In this document: positions 51,001 to 64,000 of the stretch, one piece after another
How positions within the stretch are numbered: position 1 is the first letter of the stretch
Layout: each line of letters starts with the position of its first letter
Origin: Geosiphon pyriformis uo1
Taxonomy: Eukaryota > Fungi > Glomeromycota
Reading direction: 5' to 3'
NCBI GenBank assembly: GCA_016748015.1
Contig: JAAOMT010000009.1
Coordinates: 1,613,924 to 1,677,923 of the forward strand
DNA length: 64,000 nt
Notes under the pieces: model-generated
Seen by the model: only the letters and a program-made list of their open reading frames with translations
The model's database searches: none
Told to the model about the DNA's origin: nothing
Made by a program: the position numbers and the translations under genes

Positions 51001-54000
51001 TCTTCTTGTTTTTGTGTAGGTACTGAAGGAGTTGTTCAATGGTGACACTTAACCACAATGGGTTTCTCACCACATCTGATGTCAGTTCACAGAGTTCATA
51101 ATCAAGCAAGGCTTTTGCTTTCTTGAGCCATTTATTGCCAACTATTATAGTGTATTTTTTTGCTTCAGATACTTCCATGTTAGTTTCAATGCTGATGCTA
51201 TTGATTCAGACAGGAACAGCTTTGGCTATGCCCAGACTTTTCTTCTTATTACCATGTACATTAGTCATTGGTCTTGTAGAGAGTTCATTAATCTTTCTGC
51301 CAATTGCTTCTAAAAAGTGTTTGGCAATAATACTAACAAATAATCCACTGTCCAAGATTAGATCAATGAAGTAACCAGCCACTTGGGCTTTACAAATGAG
51401 AGGAATAATATTGCTGTTGTTAGCAAGTCCAGCTTGGCATGGGTGTTTGTTGGTTTTTGGTGTCTTTTTCTTAGAAATTAAGATTTGTGAAGATTTTTTC
51501 TGAATTGGAGATGGGTTATTAACTGGTCAAAGATAATGTGAGCAGGCATTTCCATGAGATCTTTGACAACAGAATAGAGACCAAATTTTTGTACTATTTC
51601 TGGAGGTTCTAACTTTGGAGAATTCTTGAAAACTTTGGTCTTTGGTGACTCAATGTTATTAGCAGTTGATGTGGAGGCTTTCTTTGAATCTATAATAAAA
51701 TCAACTTTGGTTTTTTTCTTTTTTCTTGTTGATTCAGAAGTGTTAATTGCTAGTTCATCTATGTCATAATCATCATTAGTTAAGTTAAAAGCATAAAAAG
51801 GGTTTTCTTCTGATTGGCTTGCATTCTTACCCTTTGGAGGTGCTCCTACCAATTTAAAGGCTGATAAACAGTGGCTTCAACTAAAGAATCTTTTCCAAAG
51901 AAATTGATGTTGACATAATTGGATCTTTGGTTGGAAACATTGTTGTTGATAGTTCTGTTGTTTTGATTGTTATTGTTTCTGGGAGCTGGAGGAGGCAGAA
52001 GAGGATTGTTGCAATCTCTGGAAAAATGTTCAATTAATCCACAGTGATAATACACAGGTGAGCCACAATTTTGTTGTCTTTGATAAGAGGGTTGCTGGAG
52101 TTAATTAAAATGGAGTTCAAATCTGGGTTTTTGAGTTTGTTGATTTTCTCTGACTGTTTGAGCTAAGAGTTCTAATAACCAGGCAAGATTGGCTGTAAGT
52201 CTATCTATTAATTGTTTATTAGAATCTGGAGTTTGAGCAGTGAAAAAAGTGGCAGCCATTTGAGGAACAGAGGCCATAACAGGAGCAGGAGCAAAAACTA
52301 GAAGTGTGGATCCCAAGTGCATTAATTCATTGGACTAGTTTAATAGCCATATCTATTGTGAGATTGTCTTTTAGAGCCAGAAGGGGCCAAAAAGCATAGG
52401 ACAGATCTGTTCTCAATCTTTTTGTAAAGGAATAAATTTTTTGTTCTTCTGTCCAGTTTCTTCCAGAGTCTATCTGCTTGATTAACTTTCTGATTGCTTT
52501 TGCATATTTGGTTACAGCTTTACCAAGACTTTGGGTTCTTCTTTCTAATTCCATGCACCATTTAAATATCAAGATAGAAGTTTTAAATTTTATTTCAAAT
52601 CCAGTAGTAAAAGAGGTATTGTCTTCTTTAGCATTTGCCAGTGCCCATTTAATGATTCTTTGTTGAGCATTGGCATTGGTTTTTTGTGAGAACCAAGTAG
52701 CAGAAAAGCCTTGAAAGTAGCCACCAATAATTTGGAACTTATATTTATTATCATATTGGTTGGCTGTAATAGCTCTTTCAAAGTCGTCCAATCATTTAAT
52801 TAGATCTTATACATCACCTCTAAACAAGAGTAATAGAGTGTTGTTTTTTCTTTCCAAAGCAGTTTGTATGTCTTGGAGGGCAATCAGAATGTTCTGTTGC
52901 ATAGGATTATTAACCATTGGTTTAGGAGTTACTGTTTGAGTAGAATAGTCTGATTTACTTGAAAAGAGATCAAAAACAGAAGCAGTTTAATAGCTTTTTT
53001 TTTTGTTTCAAGAAAAGTTTCAGTTGATTGATGGGCAGTAATCTAAGTATAGATTTGATGATTCAGATATTCGAAATCAGAAGGCTGTTGTTTAAAGATT
53101 GTGGAATATAAAAGCTAATTAATGCTGTTGTTTCTTTCTTTAAAGTTGTCTTCAAAATAAGTTTGATCAAAGTAATAAGTTGTATAGGCTGTGTAGGTTT
53201 CAGCTGAATACTCATTCAAAAACCAGTTTCAAAAGTTTTGGAATTGTTTGCTGGATTGTTCTTCAATGGAAAAGCAAATCAAACAGGAGGACAAAGGATT
53301 GAGTTCAATAAAGTCTAGATCATTTTTGTTGTATGCTTCAAAGTGTTCTTCTGATTGTTGTGACAGATATGAATAATCACTCATACAATAGGAAATAGAG
53401 TGGATTTTGACAACCTCACAAGGAGCACCACTTTTATGTTACAGGTTGAAGTAATAAGCTAATAGATAGCAAGAGAGAACAGGATTGTAGAGTAATGAAA
53501 TGAATCAAGAGAATTCAACTTCAAAGAGCAAATTGAATAAGTATGGATTCAATGTGCAAAATTAGTCTCATAAAATATCTCAGTTACTATACTTTTCAAA
53601 GATAACTGGAGAATCTGAAGATAGAAAAATAGTCTGTACTGTCAACAAATGATCACACACTGGTATAATTCTATGCCTCATGTTAGCACTCTTAAAATTC
53701 AATATCAGGTATCAAATATACTTTTCAGTCATATTTTATTCAATAATCTTCAAATGCTACAATTACACATTTTAAGAAAAAAGTAGGAAATAACCAACAA
53801 ATAGTCTTTTATTTCAAGATGTTCAGATACTTGAAGGTAGGAAAAGGAAAATTAGCAATAAGAGAAAGATTGAGATGAAAGTTGTTATTTTATTTATTTG
53901 ATTTTCTTGATTTTTATATGTTTTTCTACAGCTAAGAGATTCATTGCTTATATAGTTATCAAAAGTGGTTAATAATCAGGTTAACGACTAGGTCAATGAT

Positions 54001-54162
54001 CAAGTCAATAATTAGGTCAATGATCAGGTCAACAGTCAGGTTAATAATTAAATTATTGATCAGGTCAATGATCACTTTCTAAAAATAGAGTGGCTAATTT
54101 ATATGACATTAGTGACTAATACATGTAATAATTAATAAGAAGTATAAGTTTTAACCATAACA
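48021..54162 (-). mobile_element. LTR retrotransposon D (different Gag, no dUTPase seen), interrupted by C in integrase
   Basis: LTR 53437-54162 and PBS 53414-53430 (TGGTGCTCCTTGTGAGG). ORF1 53384(ATG)-49172 has a CCHC remnant (YYHCGLIEHFSRDC), LILDSG, FCVDYHQLN and YLDD. Integrase about 49104-48021. Confidence 0.92.
53977..54073. repeat. 12-bp tandem array (caggtcaatgat) x about 8 in U3 of the D LTR
   Basis: Directly visible. Confidence 0.85.
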
Positions 54163-57147
54163 ATATTGTCAACTGTTGTTTTACAATTGTTTTCTAATGT
54201 TTCTATAAGCTAATATGTTCTTTGGTATAAAATAGCTTTAAAATTTTTTTTGGTAATTGTTTTTGTTAGAAAAAAAGACATTTCTCATTTAATAGATAAA
54301 ATAGCTTTTTTTGTGTAGACTAGTTTAAATGATGTAAACTGAATAATATTTTGCTTCAGTATTTGATATGCAAATAATACAGAGAGTATAAATAAGTTTT
54401 ATTTTTGTGTATTTTTGTAACTTATTTTGGCTAATGCTTTACATAATGTTTGGTTAAATTGTTTTACTAATTCATTTATTTGTGGGTAATATGATAATAA
54501 TAATAGTTACTTTATTCTAAATTATTGACTTAGTTTGGTTAACATACTATTGACAAAATAAGTTTTTTGGTTGAATAATAATTTTTTCAAGCATTTATGT
54601 TGGCAAATCAAATCTTGATGCATAAATTCGGTTACTGTTTTAGTGTTGGCCACTAAAATAGCTTTGACTTTAGGCCATTTGATAAAATAATCTACAGCTA
54701 TAGTAATATAACAATTTTTTTTGAATGTAATTAAAAGAAGACCAACTAAATTAATTCCAATACTATCAAATAAATTTTCAACTAGAATAAATCAAAGTAG
54801 TTTTGTGATTTTGATTTTTTTTTTTTATTGACATAAGTTACAATTGATGATGTATTCAAAAATATTTTTATATATTATTGGTTAATAGTATAGATTTATT
54901 GTTTTTTCAGAGTAATGTCTTTGTTAAAGTGTTTTATAGTTAGATCAGAATATATACTATACAAAACAGTTTTTTTTTCATTGTTTTTTATAACTTATTA
55001 TAAAGTAGTATGGTTTTGGTACTCTTAATAATATAGTTGGTTATTTTGAATAAAATAATTGCAAGCTTGTTTCTATATAACACTTTGTTTTTGTTGAGAT
55101 AATTTTTTCTTAAACTGTAGTGTTAATAAATACTGATGTAATTGCTGATAAATAATTGTATTTATAGGTCCAAAATCTGATTTGTGTTATTCTTGACAAA
55201 CTGTTAACATTGGTATTTTTGGCTTTTTCTTTATAATGTATTTTGTATGAGAATTGTTACAAATAAATATTCTATTGTGCATATTTTTCTTTCAGTTGTG
55301 GCTTGCTAAGTAACCAAATAAGTCTTTTGTAATCTATATATAGGTCAAATAATTGGCAAAAATAATGTCTCCAATTTTATACTGCTTAGTAAATAACAAA
55401 ACATTTCAAATCTGTTATACTGTATATTTTCTTTGTAGCACTAATACTACAACTGGTGTAAACAATTAAGTATTTCCAATTATCCAGTCTGATTTGTGAC
55501 AGAATAGCTTTTAATGCATTCTTTGAAGCATTTATAATAATAATAAAGTGTTTATTAAAGTTTGAATAAATTAATATTAGTGCTTTTATTAAGCATTGTT
55601 TAAAATAATTAAAAGCTTTTTGTTGTTTTTTTCTCTATAAGTATAGAACATATTTTAACAACAGATAATGGAATGGTTTTGTAATGTCTAAAAAATTTTT
55701 AACAAATCTATAATAGTATTTAATCAGTCTTAAAAATCTTTTTAGTTCTTATAGATTGGTTGAGGCTAGAAAGTTCTTGACTTTTTTTATCTTGTTTGGA
55801 TCTGGTTTTACTCTATCTTTTCTTATTATATGTTTCAAAAATTTTAGTTTGGTTTTTTCAAAGAAGTATTTATCTAAGTTAAGCTTTAATCTAGCACTTT
55901 ATAGGCAATTAAAAACTTGTTGAAGATAAAGCAGATAGTTATTAAATGTTTCTGAAAATATATTGATATTGTTTAAGTATACTACTATTGATTTTTAGAG
56001 AATTTTTTTATATATACTATTCATAAGATATTAAAAGGTAGCTGGGATGTTGCAAAATTCAAAGAACATTACATTGAATTTAAAGTTTTTGTTTTATGTA
56101 GTAAATGTTATTTTTTTTTGTTCTTAGAGTCTATTTTAACTTGCTAATATCCAATAGCTAAGTCTAAAAAAGAGAACAATTTCTTATTTCTTAAATTATT
56201 CAGGATTTCCTAAATAAGAGAAATCAGGTAGTTATCTTTTTAAGTAATGTTATTAAGCTTTTGGTAGTCTATATAAAACTGTATTTTTCCATTTTTTTGG
56301 TGACTAATATTACTGAAAAAGACCAAAGACTTAATGATTCTTTGATTAACTTATTGTTTAATTAGATTGTTATTCACTGAAGTTGGTAGGTCTGTTGTTT
56401 GATAAGTCTGGCATCTTCTGTGTTGAATCTGGTGTTTTATAATATTAGTATATCTGAATTTATTTTTACTGGCAAAAATATCAGCATATTAATTCAAGAA
56501 AACTTTAAGTTATATCTGTTATAGTGTATTTAATTTAATTTGGCAATTTTTTTTAGTATGAACAGATAGTTTTTTGTTGGCAGATTTTATACTTATAAAA
56601 TAATATCACAAAATAAAAACAATTGGGCAAAGTCTGAAATAGATTAAAGTTTTTTAGAATTTTGAATATTCAAAAAAATAAAGCCAGTAAATATTCTTTT
56701 AAGAATTTTGATAACTTTTTTCATAAAATTGTGGATAGAAATCTTAAAGTGTTTATAAATTTTAGCAGATATATATAAATTAACAACATTAATTAGAAAA
56801 CAAATTTCTGGGCTGGCTTCAAATAATAAAGCTTAATCCTAAATTTTCTGATCTATTTTTAAAATGTACTGTTAATACAAGAGAATGAAAATAATTATGT
56901 TAGTATAAATAAATTTTATTTGATTACTGTTATTTTCTACAAAATTAATTAGTACATTTTCTTTTTCACTTGATCTGAACTCTTTAATTTTTTAAGCAAT
57001 AAGACCTAATTTCTTATACATACTAACTGAAATTAATTGTAATATTTTTATAAAAAGCAAAAAAATAGTTTGAATGATTTTTTCTTGTAATTTAATTATA
57101 TAGGTTTTATTGTAATTGTTTTATAATATTATAATAATGTTTTTTGT

Positions 57148-57988
57148 TGTTACAGGAGTGTTTTTTTGGTATATTTTAATTGTTGATATCTCATTTTAAT
57201 TGCAATCAATTTCTCATGAGTTCCTCAATTTTATGTGTTGGATATTAATGATAATGTACTGAAGATTTTCTTTTGATGTTGTGATGTAAGTCTTCTTTTT
57301 AATTCTAGTTGTCTTTGTATGTTGTGTACTTCTTCCCAGAGGCTAATTTAAAATTTACTTACTGTTTGAGATCTTCTCTGAGGCTATCTTTGCAATTGCC
57401 TGATGTGTTTTTCTAATTTAGAAACATGAAATATTAATGGTCTTTTCACGATTTTCTTAAGTATATAATAAAGCTTTTTCAATTTAATTAGTAACCATGT
57501 GAATAATCTTGATCAGAAATTATTTTTTTAAAGGGTTTAGAGATAAAATGATAGTTTTATCCACTAAAAAGGGTATGTGAATTCTATTGTTAATCTCGTA
57601 ATTGTGATGTTTATTCAATTTATTATTTTTATTAATTCTTTTTTTGAATAAGATTTTATTTAGATATTTGTTGCTTCGAGTTGAAGCTGTTCTATTTTTT
57701 ATCATTAAAAACTATTGTATATATATATAATTATTGTTTTACAAAATAATGTCTTGTAATACTCTATTTCTGTTATTTCTAAATAGTGTTTGCTGCTTTT
57801 GCATGATAGTGCTTGCTGCTATTGTAAAATAGTACTTGCTGCTATTGCATAATAGTGCTTGCTGCTATTGTAAAATAGTGTTTGTTGTTATTTGTAAATT
57901 ATTTCTTTTTATAAATTGTTGCTGTGCTATTTCATGATTAGCTAATTTATATTATTTATAATTCCTATTAAATTCTTGAACTGTAACA
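57148..57988 (-). repeat. Solo LTR of a further family (841 bp) inserted in the dUTPase of E
   Basis: TGTTACAG...CTGTAACA termini, TSD TTGT/CTGT, 23-bp unit x5 at 57783-57898, TATA at about 57720. Confidence 0.88.
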
Positions 57989-60900
57989 CTGTATATCCTG
58001 AATCAATAATTTCTTTTTTTACATTGATTTTTTTTTGCAAGATTAAACCAAGATACAACTTGAATCATAGAATTAATAAAAATTTCTAAAGCTATTTTTA
58101 TATCTATTTTTACAAAGGAATAAAATACTATAATTATGAAAAATTGTCCAAAGTATCTTAAATTGAATTCAGCATTATTTTCATATGCTTTTTTGGAGCA
58201 TATTTTTTTGTTGTTATCACTATACTATTTTAATTCTAACTCTTTAGAGAGGTCAGAATAAACAAAATACTATTTATTTTAGTAGTTTTACTTGGCTTTT
58301 GAAATGACAAGCTCTTAACTGTGAGCTTATATTTTTTCTTAGATTCTAGTAGTTTGAAAATAAATTATAGTGTTCTTAAAAATAAATTAAACAAAAAATT
58401 ATATTTATTACAATATTAAAAATGACAAGAGATTAAATAATAATTGTACAGTTTTGTATTAAAATTGGCTAGTTTTTGTTCCTGTTTTTTTCAGATAAAA
58501 GCAAGTTCTTAATACTAGTCTTAAAAGGCCTTGGAATCATTAGTGAATAGATTATTTATTTTTTCAATAGTTACCAAAGCATTTTTTATAATATGTATTT
58601 TTTTAATTATAGTATTTTTTTATTTTGCTATAGTCATGTTCTAAATTTTTTCTTTATTGTAAAGATATAAATTCAAGTAATTTATTGTTTAATTAAAGAC
58701 TGCAACAAATGGAGTTCTTTTTTGGGTTTAGTTATTAATTAGTATAGTGTACTAGCAGAATTTGTTATATGTTTTTTCTTTATTAGGGACATTATTCCAT
58801 AATTTTTTATCTAATAAAATTTTGCTATATGCAAAGCATGATATATTGTTCTATCTGTTTTGTTGTTTTGGTTGTCCAAATTGTTTCAATATACAAGATT
58901 AGCAATAATATTTGGTAGTGGTAGATCATATTTTATTGTTTTCAACACAGGCATTTATATAAAATAACTTCTTTTCACAATCAACATAAATTAATTTTAG
59001 GAGTTAATAAAGTTAATTTCTTTAATTCAGGATTAGATAGATTGATAATAATTTCTAAGATTCTTTGTTAGCTCTTTTTTTATCTTTTTTTTTATGTAAA
59101 AAGTGGTAGTAGCTCTGTTCAAAAGTTGTTAGTCCAAAAAACTTGATAGGTTTTCAAGATTAGTTGGAGAGTAAATTTTTTAAATTCAATTAAAAATTGT
59201 TCTAAAACTGTTGTTTTGAAGTGACAGATACTTTAGTATGTTGTCTGTTAAAGATAATTTGAAGTTTCTAAGTGTTCCAATCAAGTATAATGTAGGCTTT
59301 AGTTAATTAGTTGTTTTCTATAAGAACTTAGTATTGAGTGGCTTTTATAATAAGTATTTTTATTAGAATTTAAATACTATTAGTTTCAAAGAAAAAATTG
59401 TTAATCTTCTATATTGGTGTTTTGATATTCTTATTTATAATAATTATTTTAGTGGTGGCTACACAATTTACTTGGTAACTTAGTTAATTTATAAGTTGTT
59501 TTATAATTATGCTGTCTGCAGATTTACTGTTAAATATTAATTTAATGTTTATTTGTTTTACTTTGGTGTTAGTATATATTGCTATAATTGGCTTGTTTTG
59601 ATTAATGGCAGCTTTACTAAAAAAATCAGCCATGTTTAAACTATTAATATCAAATAAAAAGATAGTGACCAGAGTATTATCTTCAGTAATTGTGGCAAAG
59701 AAAATTGTTTTAATAGTTTAATTAATGTTTTTTAAAAGAGAATTGATAATCCTGATTACATTTTTCTCTTCCAAAAATATAGCATTATCAAAATTTAGGA
59801 TTTTTGTAAAACCAAGATATAAGATCTGGTTTGAATATTCTGTTGGTATTGCTCAGAGTTGTATGTTGTTACAATTTACTAGTTTAAATAATCTACTAAT
59901 AGATTGTATCTGATTTCTGCTATTGTTTTGCCATTCTTGATTATAATTAATGGCTTAGAATTTAGGATTATTATATACTAGAACTTGGTACTAAGGTGTT
60001 GTCTGTACTATTGCTTGTAAAGGCTAATAATAAGTCAAAATAATTAAAGTGAGTATTATAATTGTAAGTATTGTGACAAAAATATTGGAATCTTATGGTT
60101 TGGAAATAATTTAGTTGTGGTTAATATTAATTTTCTTAGTTTTAATTAGTTAGTTTTTTTCTTTATTTTCTTGCAATGTGTTTGGATTTTTAACAATAGT
60201 AATAATTAAAAAAATCTAATTTCCAGAGTTGTTGTTGTTACTAATTTTGTTGTTGTTAATGATTATTAAAGTCATCTCTATATTGTGATAGTTAATAGAT
60301 TTCAAATTTTTTTGCTAAAAATTTTTCAATTTTTTGAGTCAATTTTTTACTTAGTTAGATAAGCTTGGCTTCAATATTTGATGTTTTGTTTATGATTAAA
60401 TTGATGGCTTGAATATAATTGGCCTCTTGCTTTATTGATTCAAAGTTATAAACAAGTATTATAATCTTTTGTAAGTTATCAAAATAACAGAGTCTGATGT
60501 ATCAAAAAATACTACTTCTTAGTTCTTTAATAAATTGGTTGAAAGTTTATTTTAATGTATAATAGTCACTTTTAATTGTCTGAATTTGGTAAAAAATTTG
60601 ATTAAATTGCTCAAGATAAATGGTTATTGCTTTGTAATTCTTGTTTTATTATACTAAACTGATTTTATAACCTAATGAATGTATTGAAATCACAAAAATA
60701 TTGTAGAAAAGCAAGTTTGAAAACAGCAAAATCAGTTGGTTTTTTCTTAAAACTTTGGTATCATAAGTCTGTAGTTCTTGTTAAAAAGAATGATAAGGCT
60801 TGAATTGTTTTAGTTTTGTCCTAATTATTGGTTTTGATTGCTTTTTTGGCTTCTGCAATCTAATTATACATATTTTTTTTTACCAAAAAATTTTTTCAAT

Positions 60901-62199
60901 CTGGTAATGTTTTTATAAGTCATGATTTAAATAATAAGAGTTGGTTTAATTGTTAATAAAAAAAATATTAATAAAGATATGACTAGTTGTTTTGTTGAGT
61001 TTATGGCTGGTTGTTTCTTTTTATTAATATAACCAATAGATTGTAGAATAACTGTTTTATCTGAAAATATAATAGTTGACTCATTTAAAAGTAATATTAA
61101 TAATTGTGCCCAAAAAGAAGTGCTTCTGCTGAATTTATTGGCTGTTGGAATAAGATTTCTAAATAACAATTTATATTTTCTTAGGAATTTGGTCTAGAAA
61201 TTTTGGTTATAGTTCTAAGAGTACAGAATTTTGAAAGTTTTTGAAGTTTTTGTTTGTGTTTTAGTAAGTTAATTGAATAAGATTCTACTTTTTGATGTTT
61301 GGTAATATAAAAAAGTAGTTAGTAAGAGAAGTCTTAATTTCTTGTTGATTATAAATCAAATACTTTTTTGTATGGCTGGTATATTCTTATTTTCAGAGTT
61401 AGATTTTTTAAAATTAGGTCTCAATGGTTGTTTTTTTTTACTTGAAAGTATTATTTGTTAGTGTATTTCAGGATTTTCTGATTAATTATTAGAAAGATTT
61501 TAACTATTGTTTATATAATAATTGAAATTAAATATATTAATAATTTTTGATGAATTTGTTTTCTGAGTTTTTTTGTATCTGTTGTTTGGCCTAGTAAATA
61601 GTCAATTTTAGTGTGTATGTAATAATAAAAATCACTTTCTGTAGTAATAATTTCTAGTAGTATTTCTAAGTCTTTCTTAAAATGTTAAAATAATACTCTT
61701 CTATACAGTAAGTAATTTTTTTCTATAGTTCTAATAGTTATTATTTTGGTGAATTTTTAAAGTACTTTGTCTTTATAAATTTTATAATCTTACAGAAAAC
61801 ACCAAATGTTACAAGTAAACTTGGTAGAATATTGTAATAATGTTTAGTACTCTAAATTTAGATAAAAAGAGCTTGAAAATTTTATTTTTTATAAGCACAT
61901 AAAGTGTATTAGTGTTATCAGTTTTTGAAGATTTGTTATAAATGTGGTTTTACTCATAGAGTTCTTTGGTTATAAGACACAGAGATATAGTTTTGTAATA
62001 TTACAACTTGTATATATGAATTTCTTCTTCAAACTAGTTAAGTACAATCACTAAGATCTAATAGTGTCTTTTTATTTTTCTGGTAAGCTAACAAAATAAT
62101 GTTAATATTCAATCCTAGGGAAAGCTTTTCTTTTTTACCAGGCTATTATAAAGTTTATTCTCAAACAGTTAATTTTACAATGTTGTTGTTTCACAAGAG

Positions 62200-62265
62200 A
62201 ATAAAAAAATAAAATAAATAAAATAAAATAAAATAAAATAAAAAATAAAATAAAATAAAAATAAA
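62200..62265. repeat. (AAAAT)n microsatellite expanded in the E LTR
   Basis: Directly visible. Corresponds to the A-rich tract of the B LTRs. Confidence 0.8.
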
Positions 62266-64000
62266 AGAAAGAAATTAGTATTGTCAATTACTGTAATCAA
62301 GAGTAATTGGTTCAAGTTATTATTATTTAAGACAATTTTATGCTAAAAGCATTTGGCCAAAAATGAAGATAAAAAATGATTAATTCAGTTTAGACACAGA
62401 ATTTAGTGAATTATATATAAGTAAGTTTTTTTTATTTCGAATATTTTTTTTATTTTAGAGTCATATAAATATATAAGTAAGGTGAATCTAATAGTTATGA
62501 GTAAAAAAAATGTATTTTTTATTTATTTTTGTTTTCTGTTTGTACTTTTTTTTTTGCTAAAACTACTTATTTTTATACAGATTTTTTGTTTTACAAAATT
62601 ATTTTTAATTGTTTATTATTACTAGTTATTGCTTGCTATTTCTGTTGTTGTTTTGTTTTTTTACACTATAATTAGTTATTCTATGCTATAGTTAGTTATT
62701 TATGTTATTGTGTATTATCTTAAGTTATAACACATTATTTTGTATTATTTTGTGTTATCACATTTTTTCTAAGTTATCATGTTTTTAATCACGTTTTTTC
62801 AATATTTTTTGAATTGGGTTTTTTACTCAAATAATACTGTTTAATTTTTCTAAAAAGTTTGCTGAACTTTTCAAAATAAATTATAACAGATTTAATTAGT
62901 TTTTGTTTAATATTTCAAAAGTAATTTTGAAAAGTAATTAAAATATTGTTGTTAGTAAACTGTTTAAAAAAACAGTTTTGAAAATATTTTAATTACCAAA
63001 AGTTATTGTTAAATTTTCAAATTATTTAGCTATAATTCTTTGTAGAAAGTAGAAAATTGTTTTCAATATTTTTATTGTATTTTATCTATTGGTATTTTCT
63101 GTTTTAGTAACTTTGTTAAATTATTCTTAAAAACTGGTTTTGGTATTTTTTTCTGAAAATTCAGAGATTTTTGCAATATAAATAGTAATTATTTTTTTAT
63201 TTTTTTATTGTTATCTATAATTTTCTATTTATTTATTTATTTTTCAATAAATTTAAAAATGTTTTTTTTATTGGTTAGTGTTTTTAAATATTTATTCTGG
63301 TTTTCTGTTAAATAATTAAAAAAATTAGTGCTTATGTAAATTAATTTTGGCTGTTAAATAAAACTTTTTGTAAAGTTTTTTGGTTTTAAAAAACAATTAA
63401 ATAGTAAATTAAGTATTTGTACTTATGCTATAATGCAAATTATTTATAGTTATCAAACAATTTATATAATTTTAAATTGTATCTAGTCTTCTAATTTTAA
63501 TAATATTAAAAAACTAAACTGTAAATATAATAGATTAAGTTTTTTTTTCATATTTACAGTTTAATTTTTTGAATTATATTATATTGTTATGGTTAAAATT
63601 CATATTTTTTATTAGTTATTACATATATTAACCACTAATATTATATAATTAGCCACCTTATTTTTAAATAGTAATTATTAATCTGGTTGTTGACTACTTT
63701 CAATAGTTATATAAATAATAGATTTCTTAGTTGTAGAAAAGCATATAAAAATCAAAGAAAGAAAAAAAAATAACAACTTTATCTCAATTTTTCTCTTCTT
63801 GCTAATTTTTTTTCCTTTATTTTTAAGTATCTAAACATCTTGGAATAAAAAATTACTTGTTGGCATTTATCTACTCTTTTTCTGATTCATAAAATTGTAG
63901 CATTTGAAAATTATTGAATAAAATATAACTAAAGAGCACATTTAATATCTGATATTAAATTCTAAGAGCATCAATATAAGGCATAAAATTATATCTGTGT

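Larger units (their letters stand above)
54163..62836 (-). mobile_element. LTR retrotransposon E (family B, old, heavily transition-mutated), target of D and of a solo LTR
   Basis: Colinear with B 13960-21806. Decayed PBS 61788-61804, 5' LTR 61807-62836. Confidence 0.9.

Noticed and set aside
62837-64000. AT-rich tail as gene or further TE relic
   Set aside because: No ORF or motif I can support. It is probably eroded repeat but unassignable by eye.

Overview
The window contains no recognisable host gene. It is a eukaryotic, TE-only block of nested, decaying retroelements. The protein style recalls Glomeromycotina (Geosiphon-like) sequences, which is an inference from memory and not checked. 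Contents: (i) Ty3/Gypsy-type LTR retrotransposons of several families: X (3' end only, 1-11793, interrupted), A (complete, 1455-11629, +), B (11794-21806, -), C (family A, 40255-48020, -, 3' end lost), D (48021-54162, -), E (family B, 54163-62836, -, heavily decayed), an AT-eroded relic G (about 36490-40254, -) and two solo LTRs; (ii) four copies or fragments of an RNase H-bearing LINE; (iii) a probable long-TIR DNA-transposon relic. Nesting is A>X>B>LINE and C>D>E. The most interesting signal is an unusual architecture shared by the LTR families: TGTTA...TAACA LTRs with 4-bp TSDs, a tRNA-Ile(UAU)-type PBS, an AUG-less (GUG?) Gag N-terminus, one Gag-PR-[Cys-rich]-dUTPase-[dUTPase-like]-RT-RNaseH ORF that stops after RNase H, a separately initiated integrase ORF, a conserved non-env ORF3 before the PPT, and conserved LTR RNA structures including a covarying hairpin with a UGAUCA palindromic loop (DIS-like). 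Copies appear to decay almost entirely by C>T/G>A transitions. All alignments and translations beyond the supplied ORF track were done by eye, and fragment boundaries are approximate.
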